Below the pieces are notes generated by a model. That model was not told where the DNA came from, did no database searches, and worked only from the letters and a program-made list of their open reading frames with translations. Of a stretch of 64,000 bases of DNA, positions 12,128-22,382 are shown piece by piece (position 1 is the first letter of the stretch; each line of letters starts with the position of its first letter). The stretch lies in assembly GCA_964270895.1 (NCBI GenBank), contig OZ185445.1. One strand, 5' to 3'. Made by a program: the position numbers and the translations under genes. This stretch comes from Podarcis filfolensis (taxonomy: Eukaryota).

Positions 12128-12295
12128 CAGTGGCGTAGCGTGGGTTGTCAGCACCCGGGGCAAGGCAAGTAATTTGCACCCCCTAACCCGTGGATTTGCG
12201 CCCCCTAACCCGTGGATCTGCACCCCCTAACCCTAACCCCCAGATGTTGCGCCCGGTGCGGCCGGCCCCCCTGCACCCTCCACGCTACGCCACTG
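12128..12295. mobile_element. hAT-type MITE with CCCTAA motifs, second copy
   Basis: TIRs cagtggcgtagcgtgg / ccacgctacgccactg. Perfect 8-bp TSD tgctgaag. 22 bp longer than the 8856 copy because of an extra internal unit. Confidence 0.93.
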
Positions 12296-12315
12296 TGCTG
12301 AAGTACCCCTCCTGC

Positions 12316-12608
12316 TGTCACTAGCTCCCCTTCCCCCTGGTCTCCCAGAATATGAAGAGGAATGAGGAGGGCGGAGCAAAGAGAAACAAGATGAACAGCC
12401 TCAGGTTGCTGGGGAAGGACCCAGGGGCGGAGTCTTAGAGAGGGATGGGACCTTCAGTCCTTGCAACTGCCTCATTGGGGCAAGACCTACTGGGAAAAGT
12501 TGCTATGATCACTAGGTCTGCACTGTTTTCCTTTCTTTGAATAAAGAGTTAACTTTACTGACACTGGGTGCTTTATTACTAACCTATTCCTGGCTCAGAC
12601 TCCTGACA
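12316..12608 (+). mobile_element. LTR-like sequence (may extend left to about 12050, interrupted by the hAT MITE)
   Basis: TGTCA...TGACA ends, GC boxes (gggcggag x2) and AATAAA near 12540. No matching TSD found. Confidence 0.45.
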
Positions 12609-14081
12609 GTATTAGGCCAACCAAACATGTCACAAGGTAGTGTACTTTACAGCATGCACACTATTTTGTGACATTTCAAATGGCCTAATAAAGGTATTGC
12701 CTTATTATGTACTGTGGAATCTCCCTTTTGTTTTTCTGAAGTAGTAATGAAACCTCATGGCAGCGGAGAAAGGAAAGTTTTACCCAGCGTTAACTGGGGA
12801 AAAAAGTAACAGAAAATGCGGGTGCCAACATTAAAGATTCCCCAGGCATAAACCTTTTGCTCAAGATATTCATATCTTAATGGACTCTTGTTTCTATTTA
12901 AGATTTTTGCTCCTGCTTATCCTTTCTCCCAGCAGCCAGCAGGGAGGCTGGCTAAACAATTGCCTTTCATCTGCATAACATGCCTTTAGCCCTAAGCAAA
13001 ATTTCATTCCAGAAGCAAAATATCAAGAGCATCATGGTCAAACTAAGCAGGCACATCCAATGTTGTTTATCCAAAGTTTTAATTTGCAAAGGAAATTGTT
13101 CTATTTGTGTGTACACGCACACAAATCGGATTTTTTTTTTAAAAAAATGCTGCGTTTGTCTTTTTCTTAGGAAAACAATGTCCTTACATCATTAAAATGT
13201 AAATGTCTCATTCAACTGATTTACTCTAGTATAAACTGGGAATAAGCAAACTGATTGAAAGTAATTTCACTTCACCCTGTAAGAGGAGAATCAGACTCAG
13301 GCAATGTTTTAAGACCATGCCATTATTTTACTCTGTCTTGCATCTATGGAGACTTCTCAAGGTGATCTTTATTTATTATTATTCTTATTTATTAATTTTG
13401 TATATTGGTTTATACCCATAGATCTCAGGGTGATTCATAACATGAAATTTTAATATATATAAAAATATGCAATAAAAATAAAAACAAAGTCAACTCAGTG
13501 AGTGATATTAGATGACATTTTAAAAAAATATTTCTTATGTTACTTTCTCCTTCAGATAGCCCAGTGCTATTTTTGCACTGCTTAAATATTCATAAGCCAT
13601 TTATATTTTATGGGGGGAGTTTAGCATTTAAGTTCCTGTATTTCTTCCATCCTGTCAAGCACACTTTCGTATAATGAGAGCCGCTTGTCTTCTACGATCA
13701 AAGAAATGTTGAAGCCTTCTTCTCCCAATCTGTTTTGGCAGAATGTCAACAAACTCAATCACTCCTTCATCTGTGAAATATAATTTGCAGCTCTGCACTG
13801 CAACCAGGGAAACAGCCAAACAAAGTTGATTTGGTGAAGGTTTCAGTCAGTGATGCTGCAAGGGACATGGGGATGTTCTAAATGCAGAGTCTTTCACCAC
13901 AGTCTTGAAAACATGGCGGCTAGGAAGCTTTGTGTACCTTCTGGAGCTTCGGATTGATATATCTCAAAACCCAGTCCCATGTTCCACAAGGGAAATACCT
14001 TTTGAAACTTTCAAAAGCTGATTGCAATACGGCATGAAGATATGCAGTTCTAAGATTAAAAGTAAAAGCTGTACAGCTTGT

Positions 14082-14437
14082 GACCTCCTTCATCTGCCTC
14101 CTCCACGAGAGGTCTCGAGGGTGGCAACACTAGAAAAGGCCTTTTGTGCAGTGGCTCCCTGTTTGTGGAATGCTGCCTCCAGGAAGGTTTGGCTGGTGCC
14201 TTCATTATAAACCTTTAGGCGCCAAGCAGAAATGTTCCTCTTTAACGGGGCCTTTGGCTGATTAACATCTTATACCCCTTTTAAATGTGTTGTGGAAGTG
14301 GGGATTATTGGGTTGTCTTTGTTTTCATTTTTATTATGTATTTTGTGTTTTTTATATTGTAATTTTATGTTGTAAACTGCCCTGAGATCTGTGGGTACAG
14401 ATCTGTGGGTATTAAATTTTAATAATAATAATAATAG
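14082..14437 (+). mobile_element. Older L2 LINE 3' end
   Basis: ORF 14022..14210 contains KAFCAVAPCLWNA. T-rich 3' UTR and (AAT)n tail. Confidence 0.72.
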
Positions 14438-14628
14438 TCACTGGACATGCCGAAACAGTCTCTTAATTATAGCCCTTTTACTTTAGAGCAGGAGTGGGCA
14501 GCTTACAGTGAAGAGTCGCATGTGGCCCTTAGCCTAATTTCATGCTGATGACAAAGAGGGGAAAATAGGAGTGGGGATAAAGGAGTGGTAGAAATGGAGA
14601 AAAGCAAGGGGCTGAAAGTGAGGAGGAG

Positions 14629-14784
14629 ATGGACCACACCATATATTTAAAGCATACAACTCCCTCCCCTTAATCCTGGGAACTGTAGTTTGTTAAGGGT
14701 GTTGGGAATTATAGTTCTGTGAGGGGTGAACAACAGTTCTCAGGATTCTCAGGTGCTTTAAATGTATGGTGTGGATGTGACCAT
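14629..14784. mobile_element. Palindromic MITE (same family as 8690)
   Basis: Arms ccacaccatatatttaaagca / tgctttaaatgtatggtgtgg. Inner arms atcctgggaactgtagttt / aacaacagttctcaggat. Confidence 0.7.
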
Positions 14785-14801
14785 TGTGGGGGGGGGGGGA
14801 G

Positions 14802-14990
14802 TAAGACGAACCCTGCTGGATCAGGCTTAAGGCCCTTCTAGCCTAGCATCATGTTCTCACAATGGCTAGCCAGATGCCAAGGGAAGCCCACAACAAGCAG
14901 GAACTGAGTTCAACAGCGCTCTCACAATTTGCAGTTTCCTGCAATAGGCATTCAGATGCATTCTGCCTCCAACAGTAGAATGGGAAACAA
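14802..14990 (-). mobile_element. CR1-type LINE 3' end fragment
   Basis: ccctgctggatcaggc...tctagcctagcatcatgttctcacaatggctagccagatgcc is the reverse complement of the 1262-1456 tail. Confidence 0.6.
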
Positions 14991-15166
14991 GGGGTAAAGA
15001 TAGAGAAAAGTGGGCCGTGGCCACCTTTGTCTCTAGTTCTGAGGGAATTTGGCCTTCAAAAAAGGGAAAAATAAGGTTCCCTAGGCCTGACTTCCAGTGT
15101 ATCCACATCATGCTGCTGATTCTGTGCTTTAAAGTCAACCTAGAAGTTTGCATTTCCCCTCCAAAG

Positions 15167-15292
15167 CAGTGCTATTTTTCTAGAAAAAGAACTCACCATG
15201 AACACTTCCCTTGTTCTCTCAGAATGGCAATGGTGCCCACCTGAGAGTTGCAGAACTGAGTTCCGGCAAGTTCCGGCTGAAAAAAAGCCCTG
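15167..15292. mobile_element. Short hAT-type MITE (cagggctttttttc family)
   Basis: Termini cagtgctatttttc / gaaaaaaagccctg. TSD ctccaaag / cccaaaag (6/8). Copies at 32339 and 47403. Confidence 0.8.
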
Positions 15293-16205
15293 CCCAAAAG
15301 TAAATACCATATGGCACTATAACAGCTTATCACCTTGACTCTTTCCCACTAAGACCTGGAATTCCAATATAAATCTGGCTTAGAAATATAACATTAGTTT
15401 ATGAGGTATTAATAACAACGCCAGAATTTAGTAAGACTGGTTACTCAACCTTGTCCATCTCACAACATTTCTTTATGAGACAATCATCCTTTCCCCCCAA
15501 TATTTCGGTTCATAATCCAGCGGAAATGGAGGCCGTTTACATGTTATCAGCAAGTCAAGTGACATCATTCAGTAAACTCATTTTAAATGAAAATCACAAC
15601 AAAATGCAGAGTACGTCTTGTTTTCGAATGCTTTTTTGTTTTTTATTAAATATTTTCACGGTTAACAAAAAATGTGCATTGTCTTTTCTCAAGTTGTATA
15701 GTTGGGTTTTTTTACATCTGATGTGAGACACTATATTGTTTGCGAATGTTTTGGCGAGGTCGCTGACCTGCAAACTCCTGGATGATCCCTGTGTTGTGAG
15801 GAGAACGCTAGGCCTAATGTTCTTGTGCTGCCTTCCTAGTCTCAGGAAAACCCACAGGTCAGTAACCTTTCTCTTTCTGACCTTTTAACTGGCTCTAGTC
15901 GGCCATGAAGACCCAAATGCCATTTTCTTTCAGATTCTCAGGAAGCTTCAGGCCTCTTTGAATCTAATTCTCCCTGAGAGTTTTGCTCTCATAAATTCAG
16001 GTCACTGATATTGCAACAGCGACTTTCAGTCATGTGTGAGAGGAGAAACTTTTGGGGCATCCATGCGTTACGTGACACAAAACAACCAAAAGAGCTGAGT
16101 CTCAGCATCTCACTCTCAGTAGGCAAGAGATCCGGGTTATCTCATCTGCTTTCATTTCCACAGTGAATAGTTTCTATATAAACTCGGTGCAAACATTCAT
16201 TTGAA

Positions 16206-16655
16206 GGACTATAGCTCAGTGGCAGAGTATCTGTTTTGATTGCAGAAGGTCTCAGGTTCAATCTCCGGCATCTTCAGGTAGGACTGGGAATGTCTCCTGT
16301 CTGAATTCCTAGAGAGTCTCTGTCAAAAGGTATACAATACTGAGCTACATGGACCAGTGGTTTGTGTTATGTACTGAAGTTCTCACACTGGGCCAGCAGG
16401 GGGATTCTGTAGATAGATTTCACTCAGGTCCACATATGCAAATAAGGGATTGAAAGTGTCGTTCAGTGATTGGATAGTTACCGAAAGTGGTTACAGTTGC
16501 ATTGTAGTGGAGCTCTATATAAGCAGGCTGGCTGAGTTCAGTTCTGTTCTAGCCTGTGAATAAACAAGAGCTGTTTGAAGAATCGCTGTGTTGTCTGATA
16601 TGTTCACCCACAACTTAACAGTTTGATTTAGTACAGGGCAGCTTTGTGGGTTCTG
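16206..16655 (+). mobile_element. tRNA-headed SINE interrupted by a solo LTR (16365-16620)
   Basis: A-box tagctcagtggcagag and B-box ggttcaatctcc. The tail resumes after the LTR (gatttagtacagggcagcttt). Confidence 0.75.
16365..16620 (+). mobile_element. Solo LTR (256 bp)
   Basis: TGTTA...TAACA with perfect 5-bp TSD gtttg. Octamer ATGCAAAT, inverted CCAAT (attgg), TATATAA and AATAAA in the expected order. Homolog at 61900-62193. Confidence 0.9.
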
Positions 16656-17174
16656 ATGGTGGCACTCACAGGCCATGCCCACACCTTCCACAGGTTTACG
16701 ATGCACTGGGATTTTTTAAATGCAGATTTTCCAGCTGCACAATTTCCCCATCAGACGCCTCCCCTTACACACACAAAACTGAACGGATACAACATGTGCT
16801 TTGCTCCTTGCTTACACCCTGCTGACGTGAGCACACATAACTTATATCATGAAGTAGGAATGGAGGGCCCCTTGTACATCAGCAGGCTGCTCGAGTTCTT
16901 AAGATGTCCAGAGGAGGAGAGTGGCTTTTATTTTCCACTTGGCAGTCAAACAGCAGCTGCCTGAGAGAAGTGTGGGGTTTTCTTAGGAGCAACAGGCACC
17001 TCCTTGTTATTTACTTTTGCTCAATTCAGTCAACATTACTGTAGATAGAGGCCTTTTCACACCATCTCTCTCTCTCTTCCCTCTCCGTCACCTGCTGGGA
17101 TATAAGGTACCCAGGACCTAAAATGTTCAGGACTTTGTATTCCAAAGGTGAGCAGTTTTGTACCTGAGAGAGTG

Positions 17175-17508
17175 CATACCCTCCAACATTTATCTGATGG
17201 AAATAGGGACGTCCCATTCCATAATGATAATTTTACTATTTATACCCACACATCTTACTGGGTTGGCCTACCCACTCTGGGCAGTTTCCAACATATATAA
17301 AAACATAATAAAACTTCCCTATACAGGATTGTCTTCAGACGGCTGGGGGGGGGGGTGTCGTCAGATAACCCCATACCCTCCAACATTTCTCCAGTGAAAA
17401 TAGGGACATCCTAAGGAAAAGTGGGACATTTTGGGATTCAACCAGAAACTGGGACAGCTTCTCTAAATCAGGGATGTCCCTAGAAAATAGGGACACGTGG
17501 AGGGTCTG
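17175..17508 (-). mobile_element. Non-autonomous DNA transposon with 6-bp TSD, long variant containing an L2 3' tail
   Basis: Ends cataccctccaacattt / gtggagggtctg with TSD agagtg on both sides. An internal third terminal copy starts near 17372. About 17225-17340 is an L2 3' UTR on the minus strand. Confidence 0.8.
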
Positions 17509-18011
17509 AGAGTGCGGTTCATCTCTCAGAAGCTGCATTCATAGCTTTGTAATTGTGGTTGTGCAAGTGCTTTGTAGACATATTTGGGGACACTGCTTGT
17601 TGTGACAGAGTGACACAAGTCACCTCCCTTGTTCATCTGCATTCCATTATGGCTTGAAATGCTTGCTCAAACATAGCCACACCATTCTGTGAAAGTTGTC
17701 TGGAAGTTGTTGCATAGTTCCCAGTGCATATTTTTAAATGTGAGCTCAGTTATTTTACACAAGAGCCCTAGCGGTGGTCCTTCACTTGGATGCATGTCTT
17801 CAGTTCCATAGACCCAGAATAGATAAAAAGTTTACCATGTAGTTGCCTATCCTGGTCTTGGTGTTTTGACAATAAATTGCATCTCTCTTTGTGTATGGGA
17901 ACCACAGCAGGATGCATGGAGACAGGTAAGAAGGGTCTGATTTTTCCCATAGAAAACTGGAGTTGCTTGAAGTGTGAAATAGAAAAGTTAGAAGTTATTA
18001 ATCAAGCGTAG

Positions 18012-18446
18012 TGTCAGGGAACTGCCATCGGAGCCAGAGGTGGAGGGAAGGCTCCAGAGGGATGCCGGAGAGGGTCCCAGCAGGCAGAGAGGCAGCCCAT
18101 CTGCTGGGGAAGGAAATCAGCGTAACACCAGTGGAGAAGGGGGGCAGATGGGGGAATCGGAGAGGAGGCTCCAGGACTCTTCACCGGAGACCAGCAGAGA
18201 GAGCACGGGTGCTCCGCTGCCCACACCCTCCCTGCGCAGAAGACTTCCGCACAGGGAGAGTAGGAGGAGACTTGGCGTCAAAGAACTTCTTTGCTGGAAG
18301 AAGTTCAAGAAACGCCCACTGACGGATTCTGCCAGCGACTGAAACAGCCACGAAGTGAAGGGCTGTCCAGACAGAAAGGGTTCAACCAGGTAACCTAGCC
18401 AGGAGTGGCGGCAACTTACGCACGAGCCACCCCTATAACCATTACA
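18012..18446. mobile_element. GC/CpG-rich solo-LTR-like element (435 bp)
   Basis: Starts TGTCA and ends TTACA, with perfect 5-bp TSD cgtag (18007-18011 and 18447-18451). About 17 CpG by eye. No AATAAA or ATTAAA seen on either strand. Confidence 0.8.
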
Positions 18447-19038
18447 CGTAGCAATGCGACTAGATCAATAGGTCTTTAAATACTTTTCTTTAAATGCTAG
18501 ACAGCTTTAAAACCACATTTAAAAAAAAGAAAAGAAAAGAAGTTTGCATTTGATTAATGATTTGTAATTCCCAGATGGAACTTTTGCCTATGATAAAAGC
18601 CTTGATAACACTCAAGATAAAAAAAAATCTATGTGGAGTTGATAAATTAAAAATGTCCACACAAATGACAACAACTCTCTTTCCCAGTGTTTGCTCAGTA
18701 GCATTTGATAACAACGAAAAGAAACTCAAGATTTTACTAAAACAACCCAGCCCAATTCAGAGAAGCCAGAGGATGAGCAAAGAATCATTGGGACCATTTC
18801 TTCCCCCTTTTGTACAGGTTTGTACATGGCTAATTATTTTGTATATGAATATGTCCATGGCCATTGTTATATTGATATGGGCACCAGCTTTGTTCAGATG
18901 TCTCTGAGCAGTGGTGTGCTCAGTTGAATCATGATGAATCTTATAAGGCCTTCACAAATGTCAGTGTGAACTGATTTCATCAGAACCTTACAAACAAGTG
19001 AGGTTGGATCCCTGTTAATTTATTGTACACTCTTCTTG

Positions 19039-19233
19039 GGGTATGTTCACACTGCCACATCTGCACCCAGTGTGCTCCCACTGCTGCTTTTCAAAGTCTC
19101 ATTGATGTTAGCTACAATTCATATTGATTCTGTAGTTTCTTGACAAACACTGCCTTTGGCTGCATTTTTTCTCCAACCAGCTTTAATCTGACGAGTGAAT
19201 TTGATGCAGAGTATGCAGTAATGTGAACATTTG
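19039..19233. mobile_element. Old MITE with PIF/Harbinger-like termini
   Basis: gggtatgttcacactgc ... gcagtaatgtgaacattt, degenerate inverted ends. Confidence 0.4.
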
Positions 19234-21582
19234 AGGCGGCAGTCATGCAAGGCCAGATGAGCATATCTCTTCCCTACGCAACCCCCACCCACCCCACATG
19301 TTCAGTGCACTTGAATTCAGTGGGGCTTACCTGGAAAGTGTGTATATGCCTAAGTCACTCCTGTTGGAAAAAAACTGAAAATAACTTTGACTGGATATGC
19401 CCATTATACTCTGAATGTTCTGCTGGCATAAACCACATTCGGTGGCCATAGGATTTCATGCTCAGAGAGATCTGCTTTGCCTCTTCCCTAAAAGTCTTCT
19501 GCTGCAGTGTAAAAATCTTTCTTTTCTGGAAGGTCTTTAGTTGTCTGTGATTTTTGTAAGCTTGTGATGGATGGGATTTTTTATTGGTGTTCCTAAGCTT
19601 TTATCTTTCTGAGTTTTGCTGCTCTGTTTCTTCTTTTAAACAATAGTGGTTTAATGGCTTTTCCCTCTTGATAATATTTTTTAAAATATATTGTTGGCCA
19701 ACTTGAACTTTTTTGAAAAGACAGAAGGTAAATATTATAAAGTACGTACACATAACTAACTAGAATCCATCACAGAATTGAAGGCACTTATGCCAATGGA
19801 TGTAAATGCACCTGTCTTGGTGTGGGACTATAGAGATCTGTTCTAATCCATCGGGAAAGGTTTGTGTGCAAGGCAAGTTTCCACACCTGCAGCAAGACAC
19901 AAAAGCCCTTATGCAAACTCTGAATGGAGCATAAATGGAAGGCTGCTGCTCATTTGGATCCCTTGAAGTGGGTGGAGGAGGATGTTCCCTGGGGAGCTAA
20001 CAGCTTCTGCATAACTACCGTAGTTAGGAATGACTGCACCTAGACTGGGGCTACTGACTCTTGTGGGACTTTTGGTGACAGAACCCTTTGTTTCTCTGGC
20101 TCTAAAATCAATATGCCTTGTCATTTACTCAATAACTCTACTGATTTATAAACTTAGATTTTATACACCGGATCCGATGTCCCTGTGACAGGAGGAATGA
20201 AAAAAAAAAATGAAATGAAAATGTCGTTTATTTATTCCATACCTGGGTGAATTATGGGTTTAAAAGTGTGTCCCGCTACAGAAATGAAACAGGTTTTCTT
20301 TGACAGATTGCTTTGCTACTGTATTTGATTTCAGTTTTCCACCGAATTGTTCTGAGCAAAAATCTGTTCTGCTTTAACTTGTAATATGACTTTCCCTAGC
20401 AACACAATTGTATCAATCATCTCAAGTCTTTTAAGTCTATGTTTTAAAATGAAACAAGTCCAGCGGACATTTTTCAGCTTGACCTTGGGACCCAAGCCCT
20501 AAACATGTAGCAGAGCATAATGATAAACAAATGGAACAGAAAGGGTTAGTCTTCCCTAATGCTTCTTGCATTGCGTTTTGGTGCAAACAGTCCTACCTTA
20601 TTGTACACAGTTGGGTGAAATATATTTGGTTTAAGTCCTTCTAACATTCAATATTTATGGAAGGGCTTTCTACTTCTGCTTCTTAAGCAACTGCCCTGAC
20701 CTCCTGGATTAAAGGGAGATATTGAAATGAAGCAATAAATAAATAAAATGAATCAACTAGCATCAAAGGCCCTGCAGTTGCAGAAGTCCTTTCTGCTGAC
20801 CCATTCCACCAGCAAGAGCCTAGTGAAAATACTAGTATCAAGCTATTTGCATTTCTGAATCTTCATGCTTGGGTAGTCTGGAGCCCCTTGGGTGATTATA
20901 GGTGGTTGACACATATGTGCCTGTCACGAGAGCCAGTATGATGTATTGATGTTTACAGTATTGATGTTTACGTGCATACTCAGAAGTGGGACTTACACCC
21001 AAGGAAGCAAGCATAGGGTGGGAGTCTTGGGCGCTCACTTGCAATGTGTTGAATTTTAGCTGGTCCAATAACAATATTGTCTTCCTTGATCTGTGCTTTT
21101 GTTTCTGCATCTGCCCTCTGGCTTAGGCTTCATACTTATTTGTGACCTAACTCAGACTCTTCTTTCATTTCAGTTTAAAGGTTTTTCTTCTCTAGATATG
21201 ACTATCACCCTGATTCTCTTTAACCTTGCTATTTTCTCCCTACTCACAGAGAGACAATTGTAGAGAAACATCAACAGCTTCGAGAATCAAACGTCTCCAT
21301 TTCTGACAGCAACAGGAAATGCTAAGCACCAGTTTACACTGATCCTGCCCTGGCTTCTAAGACTCATTTAATTACTGTGTAAAAAAGGGAGGGTTAAACC
21401 AATTTAGTTGAATTGGGCAAGCCCTCGATGAGAGAGGGGAAATGTCTAAGCAGAGCAATGTGCCCTGGGCAATTCCTGCCACAGTTACAAGCTACAGTTG
21501 AGATAATAAGTTAATTTTAAAAGACTTTTGAAAGGAAATGATTCAGGCATGAACCCTTCTGCTTCCAGACTTCTTTTTGATT

Positions 21583-21584
<2 letters not shown>

Positions 21585-21616
<32 letters not shown>
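21585..21616. repeat. (GT)16 microsatellite
   Basis: Direct read. Confidence 0.95.
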
Positions 21617-21619
<3 letters not shown>

Positions 21620-22240
21620 GTTGCTGCTGCTAAAATCAGTAATGCTGGATGAAATTTTTTTCTCAGACAAATTGCATTTTGGCAGGTAATAACTTCACAG
21701 GTACAGGAGTTATTTCCTGAATACCCAGTTGGCTCGTTTCAAAGGCCTGTTTAATGAGGGAATTATATACCCATGAAGAGCATAGACACTTCCTCTTGCT
21801 CAAGGAAAGAAGACACCCAGGGAACCAAGCGAAAAATTTGGAACTCATTAATGAGTTTCTGTTTCCTCCCTTGCATTGTTCTCAGCAATGGGTTGTGAAG
21901 CAAAGAGGGTTAAAATGGACGTTCCATAGTCTCCTATCAATTGCAACAGGGAAAAGCTTCATAGAAATCTACCCTAATATAGAGACAATTAGTTACCTTG
22001 ACACCCCTTGAAATTAATGGGGTTGTCAGTGTTGTGCTGTGCTGTGCCCTGATTCTTTTAAGTACCTAGCAGTGCCCCCTGATATCCACCCAAACATATA
22101 GTTTAGATATGTATATGTATAGGTGCATCTGTACAAGAACTTTAAGAACCAAACTCTTGTTCTTGCTGCCAGTTCTTGCTGGGCCGTTATTGATTTGTCC
22201 CTTTACAAACCTCAATCCACTCACCATCTATTGACAAGAA

Positions 22241-22382
22241 CAGACAGACCCTCCAAGTGTCCCTATTTTCCAGGGACAGTCCTGGATTTACAGAAGCTGT
22301 CCCGGTTTCTGATTTGATCTCAGAATCTCCCACTTTTCCTTAGGACGTTCCTGTTTTCGTCAGAGAAATGTTGGAGCGTATG
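22241..22382 (+). mobile_element. Non-autonomous DNA transposon with 6-bp TSD, short variant
   Basis: cagaccctccaagtgtccctattttc ... gaaatgttggagcgtatg. Reverse complement of 17372-17508. caagaa flanks both sides if the leading caga is a slippage duplication. Confidence 0.8.

Noticed and set aside
21239-21330. Plus-strand acceptor-like tract (...ctactcacAG) followed by ETIVEKHQQLRESN
   Set aside because: Stops occur in all frames within about 25 codons, there is no clear donor, and I do not recognise the peptide.
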